Shown here piece by piece: positions 33,151 through 48,100 of a DNA stretch of 64,000 nt (positions are counted from its first letter, which is position 1; each line of letters starts with the position of its first letter). Both the position numbers and the translations under genes were made by a program. The notes below the pieces were generated by a model that was given only the letters and a program-made list of their open reading frames with translations, made no database searches and was not told the origin of the DNA. Where the stretch lies: the NCBI GenBank assembly GCA_030750765.1, contig JASMHM010000001.1, positions 32,541-96,540 of the forward strand, read 5' to 3'. The stretch is from Candidatus Woesearchaeota archaeon (GTDB lineage Archaea; Nanobdellota; Nanobdellia; Woesearchaeales; ARS49).

Positions 33151-36100
33151 TTGAAGAAGGGGGTTACTGTAGTAGCCATACTACTGATCGGACTACTTGC
33201 GAGTACGTTTTTGATCGGTGGGGAAGGCATAACAGGCTTCATACCTGCAGTTTGGTTAGATGAATCTTTCTACACCACGACGGTAGGTGAGTCAGTACTG
33301 GTGAACATCAGTGACGCTCTTCAGGATGGGGAAAACGCATCCATTAAAGTAGATGTACCGCTCGAAATCAACTATCTCCTCGACGGAGAAAACCTTATTC
33401 TCACACCAACTCATTCTGGGAACTTTGCTGTACGCCTCGCAAAAGCAAACAGCACGGTCACCTTGACGCTCGTCGTCGAGGAGGGCCTCCCAGATCTTTC
33501 TTTACTTCCCGACCTAACAGAAACAGCAGAGCTAGAGCTCATTGACGAGCCAGTCAACCAAACCCTTAATGAGTCCGTGAACGAAACGATACTCAACACT
33601 ACGGTGAACGAATCCCCACCTATCGTCTTAGACTTCCCCAACCTAAGTCTTATTCCAGACTTAACCGAAAACGTAACCGAAGGTCCGGAGGTTGTGCTCA
33701 ACATCTCTAACACGACTATCGCTCCTTCTCCAGTCCCTACCAACGTTACCGGAAGCTCAGATGATGAGATCTTCAACTACAATTTCTTACTCATCCCTAA
33801 AAGCATGCAAGTACGAGACAACCGCATCACAGGAGACGTGGGAAGTCTACGATTCAGAGAACGACAGAACTACACCAACATCCACGCTTGTTTGATCGCA
33901 GAATCCCAAATTATAGGACTAGACAGCGAGCTCTGCCCGCAGATGAACACCTCGGCAGAAATAACGCTATTAGACGTTCCTGGCCCCACCATCCACTACT
34001 CCCACAACGGCAAGGACTTCCTCCTCTGCTCAGGCCTCTCAGATCCCGCATGTACAGACATACGCTATGACGGTCAGAACGTCACATTCAACGTCTCCCA
34101 CTTCACCATCTTCACCGTTCTTAAAGAACCACCTGCTCTAGGAGCAAGCGCGAGCTCGTGCACCGGAACCCCTGACACCCCCACGTGCAATGGCTTCGGA
34201 GATGAGGAAAGCTGTAACGCACAATGTGGTTGTACCTACAACGCAGGGTACTACATGTGTAACGCAGATGTGGACTGTAGTGCGTGTGATAATGACGAGA
34301 CAGGTTGCGACTTCTGGGAACAGATGGTAATGTGCGAATGGGATCCAGGATCTCCAGCACCTGGCTCCACAGCCAACGCCATCCCCACCGCGTCAAAGCC
34401 TGTTCTCAACTCTAGCAATATTGGGAATAACAACACCAACCAGAACCTAACGTTCTACACCACCATAACCGATGATGACACAGGAGACATCCACACCAAC
34501 ATCTCAGTATGGTACATGAATGGCAGTCCAACCGTCCTGTATTACCTGCCCTTTGAGGGCTGGAACCAATCTAAAGAAAACTTCTCCTTTGAGTACGCGT
34601 ACGAGAACCACGCCAACGTCACCAATACAAACTGGCAAAACATCACTGACTCCAAAGTAGGAAGATCGTACTCCATCAACTCTACGGACAACGGAAATTC
34701 ACATATTGCCATGAACAACACCCACACTTCGTTGGCCAATTTCACGGTAGAGCTGTGGGTGAAGCCAGAACTCTTTAAGGCCACAATGTTTACCTCAGCA
34801 TGCGGAGATATAAACTCAGGATGTCAAATAGTAAGCATAAGCAACAATTTTGTCCTTGGCATTGGCTGGGGAATTCCCTTCTGTCAAACCAGTGGTGGGT
34901 CGTACAACATCTTTGCTAATGGATCCTCCAACATTATCGATGGAGGCTGGACACACCTTGCGTGCGTCAACAGGCAAGACCGTCTAGAACTGTATGTGAA
35001 CGGCACATTGGTAGACTCCACACCCCATCGTATTGGAGACACCGAAACCATAGACACTTCAGGCAGCGCGGTGATGATCGGAGCAGACAGAACTGGAGGC
35101 GCAAACCTCTACAACGGAACCGTAGACGAGTTCAGAGTCTGGAATAGGAGTCTTAGTGCCGACATGATCAGTCTCATCTACACCAAGACCAAAGATGGTG
35201 ACAACCTCCACACCATGCACGCCTCGGAAACCCGACCTGGAGAGAACTGGAGCGTCAATCTCACGGTGAACGACTGGAGAATGGACTCTGCATCAAACAT
35301 GTCCAACAACGTACAAATCCAAGGAGACAACAACGTAACCAACACCATAGAGGCCTTTGAGATATTTGTTCTCAACAGTAGTGAGGTCACTCTCAACGGA
35401 ACTGATGAGAACCTTTCCATAATCGTGAACAGCACCAAGAACGACAGCGGAGACCACAGCACCAACATCACAGTATGGTACCTTAACGGATCTCCCATAC
35501 TCCTACACTACCTACCATTTGAGGCCTACAACGAAAGGCAGAGCTTCAAAACGAGAGAGTACGTACGAGGCAGCGAAGCAAACGTCACCAACGCAACCTT
35601 CCTCAACGGATCCGGCAGAGTAGGCAGCGCGTACGCATTCAACACCTCCGACCGTCCCGACCTTCCCAACAACATCTACACCTCCTACATAGCCCTGAAC
35701 AACACTGCACCCGAATTCAGCAACTTCACCATAGACATGTGGGTGAGCAAGCCACAGCCAGACAGTGCAGGCATTGGTGAGACCACCTGCGACGCGACAC
35801 GAAGCGACCCAGACACTGACCCGGTGAAGTACTGCACCATGCTAAGCATTGGAAGCAACATCGAAATGCGAGTCTCCGAAGGATTTGCACAGTGCAGCTG
35901 GTTTACCCAAAACACGCTAAACAGTTCCACATCCATCTCAGGGAAAGACTGGACCCACGTGGCTTGCGTCTACAACCAACTAGGCATGGCCATCTACGTG
36001 AACGGCACAGAAGAAGGCAGCATGAACAGGTCATGTGGAGGCACGGTGACCATCTGCGAGGGCATCGGAGATGAAGAAGGGTGTGACGCCCAGGACGGCT

Positions 36101-39100
36101 GCACATGGAACGAAGCAATATGCGAAGGCGCGGCAACACAATGTGACCAGATGTCTCTAAGCGCTTGTCCCAACCAGCAAGGATGCGCCCAGAACATTTT
36201 CGAATCCTGGACAGCAGAAACCAACAAGAGCCCCATCATCATAGGGGCAGACACTAGCAAGACCAAAGGGTTTAACGGATCCCTAGACCAAGTAAGAATC
36301 TGGAACCGATCATTATCTGTAGACCAGATCTCCCAGATATGGACCGAAGAAAAAGAAGGCAACAGTTTCTACACGCTACGTGCGAACGAAACACAAACCT
36401 TAGACATATGGACAGCCAACGTAACCCCAAACGATGGCGTTCAAGACGGACCAAGCGTGATGCTCAACAGCATCACGATAAACCAGACAGGAGGAGAAGG
36501 AGGCGGACCCCCACCACATGTAGATGAAAAATTACCCCCAAACGTGAGCTATCTCAACGTCAGCATGCCCGACGGCGGCGCACAGCTCAATGTCTTGAAC
36601 ATAACTGTAAACATAACCAGCGAGCACTCCACCAACATCAACGTCAGCGTAGTCCTATTCCAAATAACTCCTCCAAACGGAACCGCAAGCACATACAACG
36701 TAACGGTAGACAACGGCACAGCAACGCACACGTATAACCTGACGTTCAACGTGCCCAACTTCTGGCAGGACGGCCAATACAACGTTAGCGTGTTTGCCAA
36801 CGATACCGCAGATCTGATCAACAACAGCATCTACACAGAGTTCAATATTAACAGCGTGCCAAACGTGAGCTTCCTCACCGTAGGCCAGCCAGACGGTACC
36901 GCACAAGGAAACTTTGTGAACGTAACCGTGAATGTGACCGACAACAACCTACCCTCAAACCTCCAGGTTGACCAAGTACTGATCAACATCACACCACCTA
37001 ATGGTTCTGCATACACCATCAAAGTGGATAACGGAAGCTTTGGAGGAGATGCTTACAACTTAAGCTTCCTAACAACCATCCAAGACGAGCACGGCACCTG
37101 GACAGCTCACGCGATAGCTAACGACACCAACAACAATAGAAACACCACGATAACGCAAACATTCAGCATCACAGACACCACCGCACCTAACGTCACCACG
37201 CTAAGCGTATCCCAGCCAAACGGAACAGGACACAGCGGGTTAGTCAACATCACCGTAAACATCTCGGACAACATTGCAGCAGCAGAAAGAGTAGACAAAG
37301 TGTTTGCAACCATCACACCACCTAACGGTTCAGCAAGCGCTTACAACCTCACCATGAGCAACGGCAGCAACGGAGGGATGACCTTTAACACCACCTTCAT
37401 CATCCCACCTGTTGATGCAGACGGCAACTACACCATCACCGTCTATGCTAATGACACCAGCGATAACGTAAACGACACCATAAGCCTACAATTCCTGGTT
37501 GCCACAGTTCCCAACGTCACCACACCAAGCGTTGTACAACCTAATGGAACTGTATTCAATGGACTCGTGAACATCACCGTCAACGTCTCAGACCAAGCAC
37601 TCGAAACCAACAACCACGTCGATGTTGTCTTAGCACAAATAACACCACCAAACGGCACAGCAAGCAGCTACAACCTCACCATGACCAACGGCAGCAACGG
37701 CGGCATAACCTATAACGTGACCTTCGTCGTACCTTCAGTAGAGGCTGACGGCAACTACACCATCACCTTCCTAGCAAACGACACCGGCGGTAACTTGAAC
37801 GATAGCATCAGCTTCCAGTACCAGCTAGCAATCGTTCCAAACGTCAGCTTCCACAGCATAGTGCAGCCCAACGGCACCGCACACAAAGGACTGATCAATC
37901 TCACTGTGAACGTGTCGGACAACAACCTACCCACGAATAGACACGTAGACCAAGTGCTAGCAAACATCACACCACCAAATGGAAGTGCAAGCGCGTACAC
38001 TCTAGGCATGAGTAATGGAAGCAACGGAGGCACCACATACAACCTAACCTTCATCCTCACCGGAATCGAGGAAGACGGAAACTACACCGTAACCTTCCTA
38101 GCCAACGACACAGGAAACTTCCTCAACAACAGCGAACAGATACAGTTCAGGATAGACACCGTGCCTAACGTCACAGAAGCAAACGTCACCCAGCCAAGCG
38201 GAACAACCGGAGGCAACATGGTCAACGTCACGATAAACGTGACAGATAATCAGCTACCCACCAACCACCACATAGGAGAAGTTCTCGCGAACATCACACC
38301 ACCCAACGGAGCCGTCAACGCATACACCCGAATCATGACCAACGGAAGTAGCGGTGGCATCACCTACAACTACACCTTTGACACAGAAAGCTTTGCCACT
38401 GTAGGAACATGGGAAGTGCAGTTCATAGCTAACGACACCGGCGCCAACGTGAACAGCAGCAACAAAACAAGCTTCCAAGTAACGGCCGCTGCAGACTCAA
38501 CACCGGTTAACGTGAGCACGCTGAATGTGACACAACCAGCAGGACCCGTACAAAACAACATAATAAACATCACAGTCAACGTAACAAGCAGTTCCAGCAG
38601 CAACGACGACGTAGCAGAAGTCATCGCCAACATCACCTACCCCAACGGAAGTAGCTACGAAACCTACATCGACAACGGAACCAACGGAGGAGTACAATAC
38701 AACTACACCTTCCTCACCACCACCCAAGACGAACACGGAGCATGGACCGTAAACATCATAGGAAACGACACAGCAGGAAACGCCAACACCACACTAAGCA
38801 CCACATTCAACGTAACCGACACGCAAGTACCCAATGTAACAACACTAAGCGTAGTCCAACCAAACGGCACAGGACACAACATACTAGTAAACCTCACCGT
38901 AAACGTATCCGACAACATAGCAAGCGCAGAAAGAGTAGACAAAGTATTCGCACAAATCACACCACCAAACGGAAGCGCAAGCTCCTACAATCTCACCATG
39001 AGCAACGGCAGCGACGGCGGAGACACGTTCAACGTAACCTTCTTTGTAGATGACATCCAAGCAAGCGGAAACTACACCGTCACCGTCTACACAAACGACA

Positions 39101-42100
39101 CCTCAGGAAACGTCAACGACACCATAAGCGCACAGTTCAGGGTAGAACTAGTACCTAACGTCACCGAACCAGCAATAACGCAACCTAACGGAACCGCACA
39201 TAATGGATTCATCAACATCACGGTAAACGTGACAGACAACCAACTACCCACGAATAGACACGTTAACGAAGTACTCGCACAGATCACACCACCAAACGGC
39301 TCAGCCAGCAGCTACAATTTGAGCATGGCCAACGACAGTCTAGGGGGAAACACCTACAACTTAACGTTCGTCATCCCTGACATTGACGCAAGCGGAAACT
39401 ACACCGTACTCTTCATCGCCGACGACACAGGAGACAGCGTCAACAACACCATCAGCCTACAATTCCAAGTGGCTACCATCCCTAACGTGACTGAAAAACT
39501 CGTCACGCAACCTAACGGAACCGCACATGGAGGATTCATCAACATCACGGTAAACGTGACAGACAACCAACTACCAACAAATAGACATGTTGACCAAGTA
39601 CTCGCCAGCATCACACCACCTAATGGAAGCGCAAGCCAGTACAACCTCAGCATGAGCAACGGCAGCAATGGAGGAATAACCTACAACCTCACCTTCGTCA
39701 TACCACCAACGGACGCAGACGGAAACTACACCGTAACCTTTGTTGTGAACGACACAGGAGGATTCTACAACAACAGCATAACTACAAGCTTCCGCTTAGA
39801 CATCGCACCTAACGTAACAACACCTGCAGTGACGCAACCAGACACAGTAGTCAGAGGAAGCACCATCAACATCACAGTAAACATCAGCGACCAAGGACTC
39901 GAAACAAACAACCACATAGACGTCGTACTAGCACAAATAACACCACCAAACGGCACCGCAAGCAGCTACAACCTCACCATGACCAACGGCAGTAGTGGCG
40001 GAATAACCTACAACCTAACCTTCGACCTCCCGCCAGAAGATGAGGATGGAAACTACACCGTAACCTTCCTAGCCAACGATACTGGTGGAAATCTCAACAA
40101 CACCATCAGCATACAGTTCAAAAGATCAATAGTGCCAAACGTAAGCTTCCACAGCATAGTACAACCAAACGGAAGCTTGACTAACGGCCTCATCAACATC
40201 ACCGTCAACGTTACAGACAATGCACTACCTACAAACAACCACATAGATGTAGTACTCGCTAACATCACACCACCAAACGGAAGCGCCAGCGCATACACCT
40301 TATCCATGACCAACGGAAGTGATGGCGGCATTACGTACAACCTCACCCTGATCCTTCCAGACCTTTCTGAGGACGGAAACTACACAATCACCTTCCTAGC
40401 CAACGACACAGACAACAATCTAAACAATTCGGAAGGATTGCAATTCAAGAAAGCAGTAGTGCCTAACGCGAGCTTTGCAAACGTTGTCCAGCCAAACGGA
40501 ACCGCACATAACGGAATAATTAACATCACCGTCAACATAACAGACAACAACCTGCCCACGAATAGACACGTAGACCAAGTGCTTGCTAACATCACACCAC
40601 CAAACGGATCTGCAAGCGCCTACACCCTAAGAATGTCTAACGGCAGCGAAGGCGGCAATACGTACAACCTCAGCTTCAGCATCTCCGACATCAGCGAAGA
40701 CGGAAACTACACCGTAACCTTCCTAGCCAACGACACCGGCGGAAACCTCAACAACAGCATCACCACCAGCTTCCGAGTAGACACCGTGCCAAACGTCACC
40801 CAACTCAGCGTCTTGCAGCCTGACGGAACAGGCCAAGGAACCATGGTTAACATCACCGTCAACATAACAGACAACCAGCTCGAAACAAACAGGCACGTAG
40901 ACACCGTACTAGTAAACATCACACCACCAAACGGAAGCGCCAGCGCATACACACTATCCACGACCAACGGCAGTAGTGGAGGAATAACCTACAACCTCAC
41001 CTTTGACGTAGACACTGTAGCAGAACCCGGAACCTACGACATCACCATACTCGCCAATGATACTGGCGGCAACCTCAACAACACCATAACCTCAACCTTC
41101 GAAGTTACCGTCGTAGACACCACACCACCAAACGTCAGCTTCCTAGCCATCGTACAACCTAATGGCACCGCACACAACGGATTGGTAAACGTAACTGTCA
41201 ACGTAACCTCCGAATGGAGTTCTAACGAAAACATCACCAACGTCTTTGCACAAGTCGTTCCACCCAACGGAAGCGCAAGCAGCTACAACCTCACCATGAC
41301 CAACGGAAGTAATGGTGGAATAACCTACAACGTTAGCTTCATCATACCCCTTGTTGACGAAAGCGGCAACTACACAATCACCATCTACGCCAACGACACC
41401 GGCGACGTTGTCAACGATACAATAAGTTCAAACTTCAACGTGGAACTCACACCCAACGTTACCACCCCCACCATCATCCAACCTAACGGCACCGCACACA
41501 ACGGATTCATCAACATCACCGTAAACGTAACAGACAACCAACTACCTACGAACAACTTTGTTGATGTTGTACTCGCTCAGATCACACCACCCAACGGAAG
41601 CGCAAGCAGCTACAACCTCACCATGAACAATGACAGCCTAAGAGGAAACACCTACAACGTAACGTTCTTCGTGGATGACGTTGCAGCGTCTGGAAACTAC
41701 ACCGTACTCTTCCTAGCTAACGACACGTCAGGAAATCTCAACAACACCATCAGCCTACAATTCCAAGTGGCTACCATCCCTAACGTGACTGAAAAACTCG
41801 TCACCCAACCAAACGGCACAGCACATGGAGGATTCATCAACATCACGGTAAACGTGACAGACAACCAACTACCCACCAACAGACACGTAGACCAAGTACT
41901 CGCCAACATCACACCACCCAACGGAAGCGAAAGCGCCTACACACTCAGTATGAACAACGACAGTCTTGGCGGCAACACCTACAACCTAACCTTCATCATC
42001 CCCGCAACTGACGCAGACGGAAACTACACAGTAACCTTCCTAGCCAACGATAGTGGAAACTTCCTCAACAACACCATCACCACAAGCTTCCGAGTAGACA

Positions 42101-45100
42101 TCGCACCTAATGTGACAACACCAGCAGTCACACAACCAGACACAGTAGTCAGAGGAAGCACCATCAACATCACAGTCAACATCAGCGACCAAGGACTCGA
42201 AACCAACAATCACATAGACGTCGTACTAGCACAAATCACACCACCCAACGGAACCGCAAGCAGCTACAACTACACCATGACCAACGGCAGCAACGGAGGA
42301 ATAACCTACAACCTAACCTTCGACCTCCCACCAGAAGACGCAGACGGAAACTACACCATCACCTTCCTAGCCAACGACACCGGCGGAAACCTCAACAACA
42401 CCATCAGCCTACAATTCAAAAGATCAATAGTGCCAAACGTAAGCTTCCACAGCATAACACAACCAAACGGAAGCATAGCAGGCGGCTTGGTCAACATAAC
42501 CGTAAACGTCACTGACAACAGCCTGCCAACAAATCAACACATAGACGTTGTACTAGCAAACATCACAGCACCAAACGGCAGCGCCAGTGCCTATACACTA
42601 ACCACGGCTAATGACAGCAACGGCGGCACAACCTACAACGTCACGCTCATAATTCCAAGCATATACGAAGACGGCAACTACACAGTAACCTTCCTAGCAA
42701 ACGACACAGACAACAACCTCAACAACACCGAAGGATTGCAATTCCAAATCGCAACCGTTCCAAACGTCAGCTTCCATGCAGTAGATCAGCCAAGCGGTAC
42801 CTCACATAACGGACTAATCAACCTAACAGTCAACGTAACAGACAACAGTCTTCCCACCAACAGATATGTTGACGTCGTACTAGCAAACATCACACCACCA
42901 AACGGATCAGACTACGCATACACACTCACCATGACCAACGGCAGTAATGGCGGCACGACGTACAACATCTCCTTCATCTTTCCAGGCATAAAAGAAGACG
43001 GAAACTACACCATAACCTTCCTAGCCAACGACACCGGCGGAAACCTCAACAACAGCGAACAGATTCAGTTTAGACTTGCAACCGTACCAAATGTCAGCTT
43101 CATCAACATCACACAGCCAACGGGATCCGAAAGAGGCAGAGTCGTGAACATAACCGTAAACGTTACCGACAACAGTCTTCCAACAAATCACCATATAGCC
43201 GTCGTACTAGCAAACATCACACCGCCAAACGGATCAGACAGCTCATACACACTCACCATGACCAACGGCAGCGACGGTGGAGACGTCTACAACGTCTCTT
43301 TCATCATACCTTCCTTCTACGGAGAAGGAACCTACAACATCACCATCCTAGCCAACGACACCGCAGACAACAGAAACAACTCGGTGACAGCAAACTGGAC
43401 CATCACCAAACGGCCACCCAGCATCAACTATACCTCCCCCACCTTAGCCAGCGACACCAGCACCAACTCCAATTTCACCGAAGTTAACATCACCCTAAAC
43501 GAACCAAGCCTCGCGAATCTAACTTTCAACTGGAATGGCACGGACTTCACAATGTACAACGACAGCCTCTCACTCATAATGAACTTTGGAAACAGGAGTT
43601 CTATTGGTGAGAGCGAGACAACAATCGCAGATGTCTCACACTACGGCAATAATGGAACCTGCAGCGGCACCACATGCCCAATAGTAAACAGCTCAGGAAG
43701 ATACGGAACCGCCTTGAACTTTGACGGAAGTAACGATTACGTAGCCTTTGATAACGAACTTGCGGCAGATTATCCATTTACCGTATCCCTGTGGTTCAGA
43801 AGAAAAGCCTCAAAAGACCAAGCACTCATCCAAATCCACGACGGTTCAAGTCTTTCAACCGAGGCGTTTAGAATGTATATCACATCAACCGACGTTCTAA
43901 GAGCGGCCGTGCGTGATGGTGGAAGCACATTAGGAATTGCCGAAGCAACAAAGACCACACAACAGGACGTATGGCATCATGCCACAGGAGTATTCGCCAG
44001 CCAAACAGATAGAAGAGTGTTCTTGGATGGAGAAAACAAAGGCACCAATACCGCAAGTGCAGGCCCACCGGTAGGGATCAACATGACATTCATCGGGCAA
44101 TTACGAAATACCGTGTGGAACTACAACGGACTCATAGATGAAGTGAGAATCTGGAACAGAACCTTATCAGACAAAGAAGTTAAGATGCTGTACGAATCCG
44201 ACCTACAAAAGATCAATAGCACAGACTGGAAGCTCTGGGTCAACAGAACAAACCTGCCAGTGGCAACATACAACCACAGCGCAGAGGCTCAAGACACTTC
44301 AGGAAACACAAATAGCACTATAATAAGAACCATGACCGTTACATTAGCCGCAATAGACGCGATCCCTCCAAACGTCAGCTTCCTCAGCATAGTCCAGCCA
44401 AACACCACATCCCACAACGGACTCATCAACATCACAGTAAACGTCACCAGCGAATCTGAAACCAATGTCAACATATCACAAGTGCTAGCCCAGATAACCC
44501 CTCCAAACGGAACAGGTTACAACCTAAGCATGGCCAACGACAGTCTAGGAGGACTCACCTACAACGCCACCTTCATCATTGACGACGTTGCAGCCTCTGG
44601 AAACTACACAGTCGTCATCATTGCAAACGACACTGCAAAAAACATCAACCTTACCGTCCAGTCATCGTTTAGAGTAGATCTGGTGCCAAACGTCACCCAA
44701 CTAAGTGTCTTACAACCTGATGGAACTAAACAAGGAAACTTGGTGAACGTCACGGTCAATGTTACGGACAACCAACTAGAAACTAACAGGCACGTGGATG
44801 TTGTATTGCTCAACATCACCCCTCCAAACGGCAGCGTAAACGCGTATACCGTCGTCATGACAAACGGTAGCAACGGCGGCATAACCTACAACGTCAGCTT
44901 TATTACACTAAACAAGGAAACCCTTGGAACATACCGCGTCCAGGTCTTGGCCAATGATACCGGAGGAAACCTGAACACCACCACAAACACCACATACGAA
45001 ATCATTACTGCGGATGCTGCAGCGCCAAACATCAGCCAAGACAACACAACAGTTAATCCATTGAGTGCGGCACAAGGAACAGAGTTCACAATATACACAA

Positions 45101-48100
45101 ACGCCACCGACGATATAGGCGTGAGCGCAGTCCTAGCCGAAATACAATTCCCCAACAACGGAAGCAGCTTCAACCTCACACTCGTCAATCACACCGCAGT
45201 AGACTACAACATCACCTACACCCCCGGATTAGTAGATATGTATGGAGAATACAACGTAACCATCATAGCAAACGACACCAACGAAAACATCAACAACAGC
45301 ATTAGAACGAACTTCACCGTTACAGACCTCACCGAACCAACAGTCACCAACCTCAACATTAGTAACTCCACGGGCGATGCTGGAACCGCATTCAACATTA
45401 GCGTTAACATAACAGACAACATCAACGACACGAGCAGAGTAGACAAAGTGTTTGCCAACGTCACATTCAGAAACGGCAGCAACCAACTCTTCACCATGAG
45501 CTTGCACAGTGGCGTCAGGTACAATGTGACCTTCACACCTGAAGCATCTGCACCCGGAGGCGTGTACAACGTCACCATCCTAGCTAACGACACCAGTGAC
45601 AACCTCAACGACACCATCAAGCTCAACTTTACGGTTGCAGCCACGCCACACGTTGCAGAGACACAGCCACCAAACGTCAGCCAAACCAACACAACCGCAC
45701 TACCCGCCAGCTCTCAAAACGGCACCACCTTCACCATCACCACTAACGTAACAGACAACAACATCACCAACATAGTCCTAGCCAACATCACCTACCCCAA
45801 CAGCTCCAGCTTCCTAATCACACTCATCAACCACACAAGCGTAGACTACAACCAAACATACAAACACCCACCCGAAGACGCAACAGGAACCTACAACATC
45901 ACCATCATAGCCAACGACACCACCGACAACACCAACAACAGCATCAGCACCAACTTCACCATAACACAAGCACACACCGTAGACACCCAACCACCAAACG
46001 TCAGCCAAACCAACACCACGGCGACTGACAACTCACAAGTCCAAGGAAGCACCTTCACGATAACAACGAATGTGACAGACAACAACATCACCAACATAGT
46101 CCTAGCCAACATCACCTACCCCAATGAGAGCAGCTTCGTGATAACGCTCGTGAACCACACCGCAGTAGACTACAACAACACATACACGCACCCATATTAT
46201 GACGGACACGGCACGTACAACGTCACCATCATAGCCAACGACACCACCGACAACACCAACAACAGCATCAGCACCAACTTCACCGTCACTAAGAGAGTGC
46301 CTGCCATAAACTACACCACACCAACACTAGGCAATGCCACCCAAGTCAACATTAACTACGCCGAGGTCAACATCAGCATAGATGAGCCACAACTCCAACA
46401 AGTCAACTTCAACTGGAACAATACAAACTTCAGCATGTACAATGACTCTCTAGTCCTAATGATGAACTTTGACAACGTTAGCTCAATCGGAGACAACATC
46501 ACAAACTCAATTGACCTCAGCAGATACGGCAATAACGGAACACTTGAAGGAAACGCACAATACAACTGCACCTCACCCAGGTACGGATGTTCTACTAAAT
46601 TCGACGGGGACAATGACGCAATAGATGTCGGCAATGACAAGAGTCTAGACCTAGGGACTTCGTTTACCCTATCCGCCTGGGTGTACGTGTTCAGCCACGA
46701 TCCTGATTACTCATTCCTTATCACAAAGGATGCAGGCAGCGCGGCCAGTGGAAGCTACGACCTCGGATTCAAGAATAGCAAACCATACATTGCCATCTCG
46801 GACGGCGGCTGGGCAGAGTACGTCGCCGACGCCCCACTACCGCTCAACACATGGCAGCACATTGTTGGAGTAAGAGATAGCGGAAATAACTTGCATATTT
46901 ATGTTGACAGTGTTCTGAACAAGACTTTCGCAGGCGTGAAAACTCCTCAGACCATTACCACCCCGGTCGTTATTGGAGTGAGAGACGATAATGCTTACGA
47001 TTATGACGGATTGATAGACGAAGTTCGCATCTGGAACAGATCACTCAGCGAAGACGAAGTCACGTTCATGTACGAGTCCAACCTACGCAAAGTAAACGGC
47101 TCCCACTGGGAAGTATGGGTTAACCGAACCGGTCTTCCTGACACGGCCTACAACTTTTCTGCAGGCGTTACAGACACGTCAGGAAATATAAACACCACAG
47201 AAGAAAGATTGATAAACATTTCAGTAGGCGCGCTCCACATCGCAGACGCCCAGCCACCAAACGTCAGCCAAGACAACACAACCGTAACACCCGTCAGCGG
47301 AGATAATGGTACCACCTTCCGAATCGACACTAACGTGACAGACAACAACCAAACAGCCCTGATAGTGGATAGAGTCCTGGCAAACATCACCTACCCCAAT
47401 ACCAGCAGTTTCCTACTGGAACTATTCAACGGAACCGGCACGGATTACAACAACACATACGAACATCCAATCGAGGACGCAACGGGCGTGTACAACGTCA
47501 CCATCATAGCCAACGACACCACAAACAACGTAAACAGAAGCATCAGCACCAACTTCACCATTAATCTTGCGCACGTAGGCGACACACAACCTCCAAATGT
47601 GACTAACGTAAACGCCACACCTGAAAATGGCACTCAAGGACAAATATTTACCATTTACGCGAACGTTACTGACAACAATGTCACCAACATAGTGATTGCT
47701 AACATCACCTTCCCCAACCGAAGCAGCTTCACAATAACCCTAGCAAACCGCACTATCGTAGACTACAACAACACCTACGAACACGCGTACTACGACGCCG
47801 CGGGTTTGTACAACATCACCATCATAGCCAACGACACCACCGACAACACCAACAACAGCATCAGTGCTAACTTCACCGTGCTCAAACGCCCACCAAGCGC
47901 GATCTACACCTCGCCAACACGGGATAATAACACACAAATAAGTAGAAACTTCACAGAAATTAACATCAGCCTAGAAGAACCCAAACTTGCGAATGTAACC
48001 TTCACCTGGAATAGTACCCCATACGTACTGTACAACGAGTCCTTACAGCTATTGTTGAATTTCGACAACCGCTCCCAAATAGGAGAAAACCAAACAAGAA

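Larger units (their letters stand above)
36538..43408 (+). repeat. Main tandem array: 21 consecutive in-frame repeat units of about 321 nt (about 107 aa)
   Basis: Unit boundaries were hand-counted from the PNV(T/S) motif. The first two boundaries are at 36538 and 36859, which are 321 nt apart. Confidence 0.8.

Noticed and set aside
33039-33242. 67-aa minus-strand ORF across the start of the giant gene
   Set aside because: It is antisense to the promoter, SD and signal peptide of the giant gene and has no promoter of its own.
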